DNA of 64,000 nt from Clostridia bacterium (GTDB lineage Bacteria > Bacillota > Clostridia > TANB77 > CAG-508), in contig CAAEQN010000114.1 of NCBI GenBank assembly GCA_900758165.1, positions 9,809 through 73,808 on the forward strand, read 5' to 3'. The notes beneath the pieces are model-generated. The model worked only from the letters and a program-made list of their open reading frames with translations, was not told where the DNA came from and searched no databases. Shown here one piece after another: positions 29,091-39,724 of the stretch; positions within the stretch are counted from its first letter, which is position 1; the number at the start of each line of letters is the position of its first letter. The position numbers and the translations under genes were made by a program.

Positions 29091-29100
29091 TGAATAAATA

Positions 29101-29129
29101 TTGACTTAACAATTAGCATGTGTTATCTT
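29101..29129 (+). promoter_or_regulatory. Sigma-A-type promoter candidate (TTGACT-17 nt-TATCTT with TGn extension)
   Basis: TTGACT at 29101-29106 and TG-T-TATCTT at 29121-29129, about 40 nt upstream of the 29168 start. Confidence 0.55.
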
Positions 29130-29167
29130 TATATTACATAGAAAATATAGAGAGTGAGGAAAAATAA

Positions 29168-30130
29168 ATGAGTAAAAAAAGCAAAAGAAAAACAAATTTA
29201 AAATCAGCAATATTGCTTCTATTATTAATGGCAGTATTACTAATAACATCATCTTATGCATGGTTTACATCAAACGAAACAGTAACTGTAAGTTCATTAC
29301 AAGTTAATGTTAAAGCAACAAACGGTTTGCAAATATCTGCAGACGGAGAAACATGGAAATCTGTACTATCCAAAGACGACATAGTAAAAGGCTATGATGG
29401 AAGCACTAATAATATACCAACAGAAATGGCACCAGTTTCTACAACAGGAAATGTAGCAACAGGAAATATGGATATGTATTATGGAAAAGTAATAACAGAT
29501 GAATCAACAGGAAATTTCTTATTAACAGCAACTAAAGATACAGATACTACTGGACATTACATAGTATTTGACCTATTCTTAAAGGTAGATTCTCCATCAG
29601 ATATATATCTAACAGCAAATTCTAAAGTAGAATATAAAGGAGCTGAAGATAAAGGTCTACAAAATGCAGCCCGTGTAGCATTCGTAGAAGAAGGAAATAC
29701 AGCAGTAACATCTAATTTAACAACAATTAGAGGATTAAAGCTAGCTTCTGGTACAGCTAAAATATGGGAGCCAAACAATGACAAACATTCAGTTTTAGGT
29801 GCACAAAACGCTAGAGATTATTATGGAGTAACAGATGACCCTATTACACAAGTACCATACTATGGAATAATGAAAGAAATAACACAATCTGACAATATTT
29901 CATTAAAACAAACAGTAACAGCATCTCCATCAGCAACTCACTTTGCAAAAGTATCTCCTGCATGGACAACTCCACAAACTATGTCAGCACAAGCTTATGG
30001 AAATTTAAAAGCTGGAATAACAAAAATAAGAGTATATATGTGGGTAGAAGGACAAGATGTTGACTGTGAAAACGGCGCTTCTGGAACAGATATAGCATAT
30101 ACAATTCAATTCTCAACAAAAAATAGCTAA
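29168..30130 (+). CDS. Putative major secreted fibre/surface subunit with SipW-type signal peptide
   Basis: 320 aa with a strong RBS (GAGTGAGGA). The signal peptide ends ...LLITSSYAWFTSNETV. The mature protein is A/T/G/S/V-rich with fewer K/N/I than its neighbours. The gene is monocistronic, with its own promoter and flanking terminators, and carries the C-terminal motif RVYMWVEGQDVDCENG. Confidence 0.6.
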   Translation: MSKKSKRKTNLKSAILLLLLMAVLLITSSYAWFTSNETVTVSSLQVNVKATNGLQISADGETWKSVLSKDDIVKGYDGSTNNIPTEMAPVSTTGNVATGNMDMYYGKVITDESTGNFLLTATKDTDTTGHYIVFDLFLKVDSPSDIYLTANSKVEYKGAEDKGLQNAARVAFVEEGNTAVTSNLTTIRGLKLASGTAKIWEPNNDKHSVLGAQNARDYYGVTDDPITQVPYYGIMKEITQSDNISLKQTVTASPSATHFAKVSPAWTTPQTMSAQAYGNLKAGITKIRVYMWVEGQDVDCENGASGTDIAYTIQFSTKNS

Positions 30131-30196
30131 AAAATAATTATAAAATACTTGTAATATTTTATTAGATTTGTTAAAATTATTACTAAAGAAATAATA

Positions 30197-30248
30197 AAAA
30201 TAGACTAAAAAAAAACACAATTTTTGGGTTTGAATTTTAGTCTATTTT
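30197..30248 (+). terminator. Hairpin with perfect 14-bp stem and 24-nt loop, followed by a T-run
   Basis: AAAATAGACTAAAA (30197-30210) pairs with TTTTAGTCTATTTT (30235-30248), followed by GCTTTTT. It is probably the terminator of the 29168 gene. Confidence 0.5.
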
Positions 30249-30251
30249 GCT

Positions 30252-30287
30252 TTTTATTGTATAGAATTTATTTTCTATACAATAAAA
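30252..30287 (+). promoter_or_regulatory. Perfect 15-bp-stem hairpin about 40 nt upstream of pyrG (possible leader attenuator)
   Basis: TTTTATTGTATAGAA-tttatt-TTCTATACAATAAAA. No T-run follows it on the plus strand. Confidence 0.35.
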
Positions 30288-30319
30288 GATTTATAATAAA
30301 ATAAGAATGTACTAATTAG

Positions 30320-31960
<1,641 letters not shown>

Positions 31961-31992
31961 AATGAAATGTCAATAAGGATTTGAATATATCC

Positions 31993-33696
31993 TTATTGAC
32001 GTTTTGGATTTACATACAATGTTTTGTTATTTGTATAAATTACCATACCAGGTTTTGCACCATTTGGCTTTCTTACATATTTTATATATGTGTAATCAAC
32101 AGGCACATTTTGTGAAAATTTGGCTTTGCTGTAATATGCGGCAATAGTTGCACATTTATAAATGATGGAGTCAGTAGCGTTTTTCTTCTTACCAAGTTTT
32201 AATACAACATGGCTTCCATGAATATCTTTAGTGTGAAACCATAAATCAGAGTCTTTTGCAATTCTACAAGTTAAATAATCATTTTGTTTATTATTTTTTC
32301 CAACTAACACAGTAAAGCCATCTATTGTAAGTTCTGTAGGTAAAAGAGAATTAATTTTTTTGCTCTTACATTGAACCTGTTGAGAGTTAGAATGTATATC
32401 AAGAATTTTAGATGTTTCTAAATATATATCTTGCAATGTTTCTATATCTTTAGCATTATCTACTTCGTCTAAAACGTTATCTAAATAAGTAATCTCTGTA
32501 TTAATTAACTCTTTTTGTTTTTGAACTATGGCATAAGTATTTTGCAATTTTCTATACTTTTTAAAGAATTTTTTAGCATTGGCAGAAGGCGAAATAGTAT
32601 TGTCTAAAGTTATTTCTACTGGCGTGTTATTCTCATAATAGTTTTCTAAAGTTATAGCACTTTGATTATAATTTGGAATTTTATATAAATTAGTTGTAAT
32701 TAATTCTCCATATAATTTATATTTTTCCATTTTTGAACACTCATCTAAAGTTTTGTTTGCAGTATTCAATTTATTTTCTAACTTTTTTAATTTTACTAAA
32801 ATTAATTGTAACAAATTATTCTTATAAGAAGAAAAAGCCTCAAATTGCCATTTATTAAAATAAAAATCATCAATAAAGAAATTTATTTGATATGGAGTTT
32901 GTTGATTTTTATATATTAAGTAAAAATCTTCTTTTTTTGCCAATATTTTATAACAAGAAAGAGATTTGTAATTGTTATCTATAGTAAAGATAAGGTCTTT
33001 TAAATATTTGTATATCAATTTGTAGTTATCTAACGATATAGATAAATTATCTTCAAGTTGTAGATTGTTTAGCATATATATAATACTAGAGTTACTAAAT
33101 CCTATATAAGAAGACGAGATTCCGCTAGAAATGTTAGCATAATTTTGAATATTTTTATAAAATTCGTCAAAAGTAGATGTTAAGAAGTTTTGTTTAGAAC
33201 TATCTAAAACAAAGTATTTATAACCAGGGAATATATCTCTAAAAGAATTATCAAGCTTATTCAAATGCCTTAAACTATCTATAATAATACTTTCAGAATT
33301 CATTAAAATTATATTACTATGTTTTCCCATAAGCTCGACAACAAGAGTTTTTGTAACTAACTCATTAAAGTCATTGTAACAATCAATGTCTATATAAACA
33401 ATTCTTTCTAAACCTTTCATATAAATTTTTTTTATAGTTCCACCAGTTAAATGTTTTCTTAAAACCATACAGAAATTAAGAACATTTTGAGGATTAGATT
33501 TAGAATGAGTAGTAAGATTTAATCTATAATTAACAGGGTCTATAGAAATATTCAAAGCATAATTTTTTCCGCCAGAATAAACACAAATTAAAATTTCGTT
33601 TTTATTTGGTTCAAATATTTTATTAATCTTTCCATTAATTAAACAATCATTCAATTCAGCAATAACTGATTTTATAATTACGCCATCAAAAGCCAT
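31993..33696 (-). CDS. rqcH: NFACT-family ribosome quality-control factor RqcH (FbpA-like)
   Basis: 567 aa. It has an N-terminal MAFDGV...INKIFEPNKNEILI, a central coiled coil and a C-terminal DLWFHTKDIHGSHVVLK ... KPGMVIY NFACT-R region. Confidence 0.85.
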   Translation of the reverse strand: MAFDGVIIKSVIAELNDCLINGKINKIFEPNKNEILICVYSGGKNYALNISIDPVNYRLNLTTHSKSNPQNVLNFCMVLRKHLTGGTIKKIYMKGLERIVYIDIDCYNDFNELVTKTLVVELMGKHSNIILMNSESIIIDSLRHLNKLDNSFRDIFPGYKYFVLDSSKQNFLTSTFDEFYKNIQNYANISSGISSSYIGFSNSSIIYMLNNLQLEDNLSISLDNYKLIYKYLKDLIFTIDNNYKSLSCYKILAKKEDFYLIYKNQQTPYQINFFIDDFYFNKWQFEAFSSYKNNLLQLILVKLKKLENKLNTANKTLDECSKMEKYKLYGELITTNLYKIPNYNQSAITLENYYENNTPVEITLDNTISPSANAKKFFKKYRKLQNTYAIVQKQKELINTEITYLDNVLDEVDNAKDIETLQDIYLETSKILDIHSNSQQVQCKSKKINSLLPTELTIDGFTVLVGKNNKQNDYLTCRIAKDSDLWFHTKDIHGSHVVLKLGKKKNATDSIIYKCATIAAYYSKAKFSQNVPVDYTYIKYVRKPNGAKPGMVIYTNNKTLYVNPKRQ

Positions 33697-33969
33697 AATA
33701 ATCTACTCCTTCTTAAATATTATAAACAAAGAAGATAGTAAAATCAAGGTTTATAACTTAATATATGTATATCAAGTGAAAAGTTAAATTCAATTCTATA
33801 AAAAAAGTACATAAATTTTTTGAAATTTCTATGTACTTTTTTTTACTTTTGGTATAGAATGTTATCATGTAATAATGGAGTATTTTTATCCATTATAATA
33901 TTAAAATTTGTAAAACATAAAACTATAACAATCAAAGGAAAAGTTAAACTCTAGGAGGAATGATTATAA

Positions 33970-36339
33970 ATGGCAAAAAAAGGTAAGAGAAAGAAAAAGC
34001 AAACAGAGAAAAAGACAACGACAACTACTATGGCAGTAATAATTATGCTATTAGCAAGTATATTGCTAGCTGTATTAATATATACAAATTCGGGATTTAT
34101 AGGAGAAATGTTAAGTCCATTTTTAGGTGGAATAATGGGATATGTAAAATACATACTACCAGTAGGAGTATTTGTTCTTGCAATTTATATTGCATCTCAA
34201 GGAGAAACTTCTTGGGCAAGCAAAATAATACAACTATCTATAATGTTATTATGCATATCTATTGTAATGAATGTATATGAAATATATCAAGGAAAAGTAC
34301 AATTAGAAGGGAAGACTTTTCAAGACATAGTGGAAAAATTTTATCAATTAGGAGCTGCAGGAGAAGGAGGAGGAGCTGTTTCTGCAATTGTAACTATTCC
34401 ATTAATTAATTTGTTAGGAAAACCTGGCACTATAATAGTAGCAATAGGAGGAATACTTGTTTTATTAGTTTCAATGTTTGGAATAGATTTAGTAAATAAA
34501 ATTTCAGAGGTAATGGAAGAGTCATCAGAAATAAAAGAAAGAAACAAAAGTAAGCATTATAAAGAAGATGATGATGAACACATAATTGGATTAAAGGAAA
34601 GAAAAGAAACTAAAAAAGAGAAAAAATTAAGAGAAAAATTAGAAAAAGAAAAAGCAGCTTCAGATGTAGAACAATTACAAATAAAATTAAACACAGAGCC
34701 AGAAAAGTCTAAATTGTTTAACATAGATAAAGAGAATAGAATATTCAAAAAGGATAAAGAAGAAAACAAACAAGCACCAGAATTTATAGAAGATCCTTTA
34801 TTTAAAAAACAACAAGAACAAAAAGAAGATAAGACAAAAGAAGTATTGCAACTTGAACATACTATTAGTGCAGAAGATGAAAACGATAAAAATTATGAAT
34901 TCCCTCCTTTAACTTTATTAAGTCAAGGAGAAACAAAAGGACTAAAAGGAGGAAAAAGAGCTTTAACAGATACTGCTTCAAAATTACAAAAAACATTGTA
35001 TAGTTTTGGCGTTTCTGCAAAAGTAGAAAACGTTTCCGTTGGTCCAGCAATTACAAGATATGAATTAAAACCATCAGAAGGAGTACGTGTAAGTAAAATT
35101 GCAAATTTAGCAGATGATATTGCATTAAATTTAGCAGCAAAAACAATAAGAATAGAAGCACCAATCCCAGGAAAGCAAGCAGTAGGAATAGAAGTACCAA
35201 ATGAAGAAAGTGAAATGGTACATATAAGAGATATACTAGACACTGACGAATTTAAGAATCATAAATCAAAATTAGCTTTCGCATTAGGAAAGGATGTATC
35301 TGGAACAGCTGTTGTAACAGATATAGCAAAAATGCCCCATGTCATGATAGCTGGAGCGACAGGTTCTGGTAAGAGCGTATGTATAAATACACTAATTTCT
35401 AGCATTATATATAAAGCTAAACCAAGTGAAGTAAAATTAATAATGATAGATCCAAAAATAGTTGAGTTATCTGTATATAATGGAATACCACATTTATTAA
35501 TACCAGTTGTTACAGACCCAAAAAAAGCTGCTGGAGCATTAGCGTGGGCTGTACAAGAAATGGAAAACAGATATTTAATGTTTGCTGAAAAAGGTGTTAG
35601 AGATTTAAAAGGGTATAATGAGGCAGTGGAAAAAGATAATAATATTGGAAAATTGTCACATATTGTTATTATAATAGATGAACTTGCAGATTTAATGATG
35701 GTAGCAAAAGGAGACGTAGAAGATGCAATTTGTAGATTAGCGCAAAAAGCTAGAGCTGCAGGAATGCATTTAGTAATAGCAACACAACGTCCATCAGTAG
35801 ATGTAATTACAGGACTAATTAAAGCTAATATACCATCAAGAATAGCCTTTGCAGTATCTTCACAAGTGGATTCTAGAACAATATTAGACCAAGTTGGAGC
35901 CGAAAAACTATTAGGAAAGGGTGATATGTTATTCTTCCCAACAGGAGCTCCAAAGCCAGTTAGAATTCAAGGAGCATTTATATCAGATAAAGAAGTAGAA
36001 AAAGTTGTAAATTTTGTTAAAGCAAACGGAGGAGAAACAACTTATAGAGATGACATTACAGAATATATAGAAAAAGCAAATTCAACAGACAAGGAAATTG
36101 AAGAAGGAGCTTTAGATGACAATGAAGCAGACCCATTACTTAATGAAGCAATAGAAACAGTAATAGAAACAGGACAAGCTTCAACATCTTTTATACAGAG
36201 AAAATTTAAAGTGGGTTATGCAAGGGCTGGAAGAATTATAGACCAAATGGAAGAAAGAGGAATAATATCTGGATATCAAGGAAGCAAACCAAGAGAAGTT
36301 CTTATGACAAAAGAACGTTGGATAGAATTAAATTCTTAA
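33970..36339 (+). CDS. ftsK: DNA translocase FtsK/SpoIIIE
   Basis: 789 aa. It has N-terminal TM helices, a charged linker, Walker A IAGATGSGKSVCINTLI, the motifs IIIDELADLMM and ATQRPSVDVITG, and a C-terminal gamma winged helix ASTSFIQRKFKVGYARAGRIIDQMEERGII. Confidence 0.95.
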   Translation: MAKKGKRKKKQTEKKTTTTTMAVIIMLLASILLAVLIYTNSGFIGEMLSPFLGGIMGYVKYILPVGVFVLAIYIASQGETSWASKIIQLSIMLLCISIVMNVYEIYQGKVQLEGKTFQDIVEKFYQLGAAGEGGGAVSAIVTIPLINLLGKPGTIIVAIGGILVLLVSMFGIDLVNKISEVMEESSEIKERNKSKHYKEDDDEHIIGLKERKETKKEKKLREKLEKEKAASDVEQLQIKLNTEPEKSKLFNIDKENRIFKKDKEENKQAPEFIEDPLFKKQQEQKEDKTKEVLQLEHTISAEDENDKNYEFPPLTLLSQGETKGLKGGKRALTDTASKLQKTLYSFGVSAKVENVSVGPAITRYELKPSEGVRVSKIANLADDIALNLAAKTIRIEAPIPGKQAVGIEVPNEESEMVHIRDILDTDEFKNHKSKLAFALGKDVSGTAVVTDIAKMPHVMIAGATGSGKSVCINTLISSIIYKAKPSEVKLIMIDPKIVELSVYNGIPHLLIPVVTDPKKAAGALAWAVQEMENRYLMFAEKGVRDLKGYNEAVEKDNNIGKLSHIVIIIDELADLMMVAKGDVEDAICRLAQKARAAGMHLVIATQRPSVDVITGLIKANIPSRIAFAVSSQVDSRTILDQVGAEKLLGKGDMLFFPTGAPKPVRIQGAFISDKEVEKVVNFVKANGGETTYRDDITEYIEKANSTDKEIEEGALDDNEADPLLNEAIETVIETGQASTSFIQRKFKVGYARAGRIIDQMEERGIISGYQGSKPREVLMTKERWIELNS

Positions 36340-36420
36340 CAAATAATTAATAAGCAAAAAGATAAAATTTTATAAAAAACAGAAGAATAATGCCAAAGCA
36401 TTATTAAAAAGGGAGCTTTT

Positions 36421-37995
36421 ATGAATATATTTTCAAAGTTTAATTCTAATGAATACAATAATGAGTTAGAACAAATATTGGAAAATAAAGAGTTTGATGA
36501 AACTGTAAAAAACTTATTACTTAACATGTTATATAAATTAGAGAGTGGATATAGAGACTATGAAAAAGTAAAACCAAATGCAGTTTCTAAAGAACAATTT
36601 ATGCAAAAAATATTATATATTGTAAAAGAAGAATGTGAAAAAATACAAATAGTTACACCAAAAACGCAGGAAAGTAAGCCTTTAGAACAATCAAATAGCA
36701 TAAGCCAAATAGATGCTGATAAAGGCTCTATTTTGGTATATGCAAATGAAAAAGATTTACTTTATTCATTAATTAAAATGGATGAATCAAAAAAATTTAT
36801 AAACCGAAATAAAGATGAAAAAGATAGTTATTATGGAAAAGCAATAAAAGAATTTTTAATTACAAGTAGATGTATAAATGATACAGAAACAATAAGAGAT
36901 TTTGATGGTTGGTCCTGGAACAGTGGGTTAAAAGAACAAAAAGATATAGAATGTAATTTAATATTCCAAATTATGCTATTGCTAAATATAAACTTAAATA
37001 AAATAATAATAAACTATGAGCAAAATTTGGAAAATGAAGATAATTTTTACAAACAATTATATATAAATATATTAACAATAATAGCAAATAACAATATAGA
37101 AACAAAAAACGAAATAAATAAAGAATTAAGTAAAAAGAAAAATATGTTAGAAATAATGAATGACAAGAAAAAACTGTTAAACAAAATAACACAAGATAAA
37201 AAACAAATAACAAATGAAATAAAACAAATTGATGAGTTATTAAATAATAAAGAAGAACTAAAAAGAGAATACACAAAAAGAAATTCAAAACTAGAAAACA
37301 AAGATAAAATATTTAGTGTGAGTCATTTATCAGATATATTAGAAAAAGAAAGAGAAGAAAAATTAGAAGAATTAAGAAGTAAAAATAAACTACTAGAACC
37401 ATTGGAATATATAAAAAGAAAATCAATATTAGAAAATGAAGTAGAAATACTACAACAGGTAGAAAAAAATCTGGAAGATAACAAACAAAAAAATAATTCA
37501 ATAATAAATTTGCAAGTAGAATTTTTAAAATGTTTTGAAAAACAAATTGAAAAAATAGAAGAAAGAATAGAACTAGAAAAAATATTATATGAATTCAGAT
37601 ATTATTGCTTACTTCCGATATTTGAAAATAAAAATATAAAAGACATAAAAAAGCTAGAAGAATATATAAAAAATGTAATGAATGTAATAATAGATAATTG
37701 TATATATAAGCAAATAATAACAAATTATTCTAATAGTATTAGCCTATGTTATAATATTTTAAAGTATATTCTTACAAGTAAGATAATAGATCTAAATGAA
37801 GTATCTATTAAAATAATTAATACTAAAAAAGAAAAAACAGAAGAAGGAATTAATTACTATATAACAATAAAAATATATGATGACAAAGATGCAGAAGAAA
37901 CATATAGTGAAGTTGTAAATAATTTAAATTTATTAAATGTGAAATTAAATAAAAAAATACCATTTTATATAAAAAACAGAACTAATTTTAAATAA
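36421..37995 (+). CDS. Hypothetical K/E/N/I-rich protein
   Basis: 524-aa ORF with RBS AAGGGAG. I recognised no TM segment and no domain. Confidence 0.55.
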   Translation: MNIFSKFNSNEYNNELEQILENKEFDETVKNLLLNMLYKLESGYRDYEKVKPNAVSKEQFMQKILYIVKEECEKIQIVTPKTQESKPLEQSNSISQIDADKGSILVYANEKDLLYSLIKMDESKKFINRNKDEKDSYYGKAIKEFLITSRCINDTETIRDFDGWSWNSGLKEQKDIECNLIFQIMLLLNINLNKIIINYEQNLENEDNFYKQLYINILTIIANNNIETKNEINKELSKKKNMLEIMNDKKKLLNKITQDKKQITNEIKQIDELLNNKEELKREYTKRNSKLENKDKIFSVSHLSDILEKEREEKLEELRSKNKLLEPLEYIKRKSILENEVEILQQVEKNLEDNKQKNNSIINLQVEFLKCFEKQIEKIEERIELEKILYEFRYYCLLPIFENKNIKDIKKLEEYIKNVMNVIIDNCIYKQIITNYSNSISLCYNILKYILTSKIIDLNEVSIKIINTKKEKTEEGINYYITIKIYDDKDAEETYSEVVNNLNLLNVKLNKKIPFYIKNRTNFK

Positions 37996-38024
37996 CCAAT
38001 AAAAAAGAAAAGGAGAGAATATAA

Positions 38025-39677
38025 ATGAACATAACTTTTTTAGGAGCGGCTAAAACTGTAACAGGATCAAATTTTTTAGTAGAAGGTGCAGGAAAAAAAT
38101 TTTTAGTAGATTGTGGAATGTATCAAGGAAAAATAAAAGACGAATTAGAAAATGAAGCTCCATTTTTGTATGATGTAAACGAAATAGACTTTATGCTATT
38201 AACACATGCGCATATAGATCATTCTGGAAGAATACCAAAATTATATAACGAGGGATATAGAGGCCCAATATATGCAACAAAAGCAACATGTGACTTATGC
38301 TCTATAATGTTACCTGATAGTGGACATATACAAGAACAAGAAAATGAATGGAAGAATAAAAAAAGAAAGAGAAAAGGGCAAAAAGAAATTCCACCATTAT
38401 ATACAGCAGAAGATGCTACAAAATGTTTAGAAATATTTAAACCAATAAAATATGATGAAGTAATAGAAATAGATGAAAATATACATGTAAGATTTAATGA
38501 TGCAGGACACATGCTTGGTTCTAGTATAATAGAGGTATGGGTTAAAGAAGACGGAAAAGAAGTAAAAACAGTATTTTCGGGAGATATTGGAAACAACAAT
38601 ATTCCTTTACTTTCAGAACCAACAATGATAGAAGATGCAGACTATTTAGTAATGGAATCTACTTATGGAGATAGGCTTCATGTAGATACAGAAAATAAAG
38701 CAGAACTATTTTTGGAAATAGTTTCCGAAACATTAGACAACGGTGGAACTGTTGTAATCCCATCATTTGCAGTAGGAAGAACACAAGAGATTTTATACGA
38801 ATTAGACTTAATAAAAGAAGAAAAAAGTAAGGACGCTAAATTTAAAAAAGAATATGAAACACTAATGAGAGCTCCAGTATATGTAGATAGCCCGCTTGCA
38901 ATATCTGCCACAGAAGTATTTAAAGAAAACGAAGACTTGTTTGATGATGAAGCAAAAGCAGTAATGGAAAGTGGAGATAATCCATTGGAATTTCCAGGAT
39001 TGAAGTTTACAAGAACAGCAGAAGAATCTAAAGCATTAAATGAAAGCGATATTCCTTCAATAATAATATCTGCAAGTGGTATGTGTGAAGTTGGAAGAAT
39101 AAAACATCATTTAAAACATAATATTTGGAATCCAAAAAGTACTATATTATTTGTAGGTTACCAAGCACCAGGAACTTTAGGAAGAATAATTGTAGATGGC
39201 GCAAAAAGAGTAAAAATATTTGGAGAAGAATTTAATGTTAATGCTAGAGTGGAATATTTAGAGGGATATTCAGGACACGCTGATCAACAATGGCTTTTAA
39301 ATTTTGTATATTCATTTATAAAAAAACCAAAACATATCTTTTTAGTGCATGGAGAACCAAATGGTCAATTGGTATTAAAAGATAAAATTGTAGAAAGCAC
39401 TAAAATTCCAGTAACAATACCAGGATATGGCGAAAAATATACATTAGATGAGAATTTGACAATGGAACAAAAATATAAAGATCCTATTGCTAATAAATAT
39501 TTAAGATTACAAGTCATAGATAGAATAGAAACTCTTCAAGAAGAAATAGAAGACATGAAAAATATTGTAAAAGAAGATATACTACAAAAAGAAAACAATG
39601 ATACAGATATAGAGAAAATAAATGAAAAAGTAAAAGAATTAGAGAAAAAGATAGTAGACATTATAGAAAATAAGTAA
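38025..39677 (+). CDS. MBL-fold beta-CASP hydrolase (RNA-metabolising metallo-beta-lactamase family)
   Basis: 550 aa. It has the motifs LVDCGMYQG and THAHIDHSGRIP (HxHxDH), beta-CASP-type ESTYGDR, a late H (GYSGHADQ) and VHGEP. Confidence 0.85.
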   Translation: MNITFLGAAKTVTGSNFLVEGAGKKFLVDCGMYQGKIKDELENEAPFLYDVNEIDFMLLTHAHIDHSGRIPKLYNEGYRGPIYATKATCDLCSIMLPDSGHIQEQENEWKNKKRKRKGQKEIPPLYTAEDATKCLEIFKPIKYDEVIEIDENIHVRFNDAGHMLGSSIIEVWVKEDGKEVKTVFSGDIGNNNIPLLSEPTMIEDADYLVMESTYGDRLHVDTENKAELFLEIVSETLDNGGTVVIPSFAVGRTQEILYELDLIKEEKSKDAKFKKEYETLMRAPVYVDSPLAISATEVFKENEDLFDDEAKAVMESGDNPLEFPGLKFTRTAEESKALNESDIPSIIISASGMCEVGRIKHHLKHNIWNPKSTILFVGYQAPGTLGRIIVDGAKRVKIFGEEFNVNARVEYLEGYSGHADQQWLLNFVYSFIKKPKHIFLVHGEPNGQLVLKDKIVESTKIPVTIPGYGEKYTLDENLTMEQKYKDPIANKYLRLQVIDRIETLQEEIEDMKNIVKEDILQKENNDTDIEKINEKVKELEKKIVDIIENK

Positions 39678-39724
39678 AGGTTTATAGATAAAGCCTAAAA
39701 AATCTAAATTTATACAAGGAGATT

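Noticed and set aside
6600-30130. Whether the accessory region is a prophage, ICE or transposon-borne island
   Set aside because: I recognised no integrase, recombinase, transposase, tRNA attachment site, flanking direct repeat, or phage structural or replication gene. The codon and composition style looks the same as the flanking core genes.
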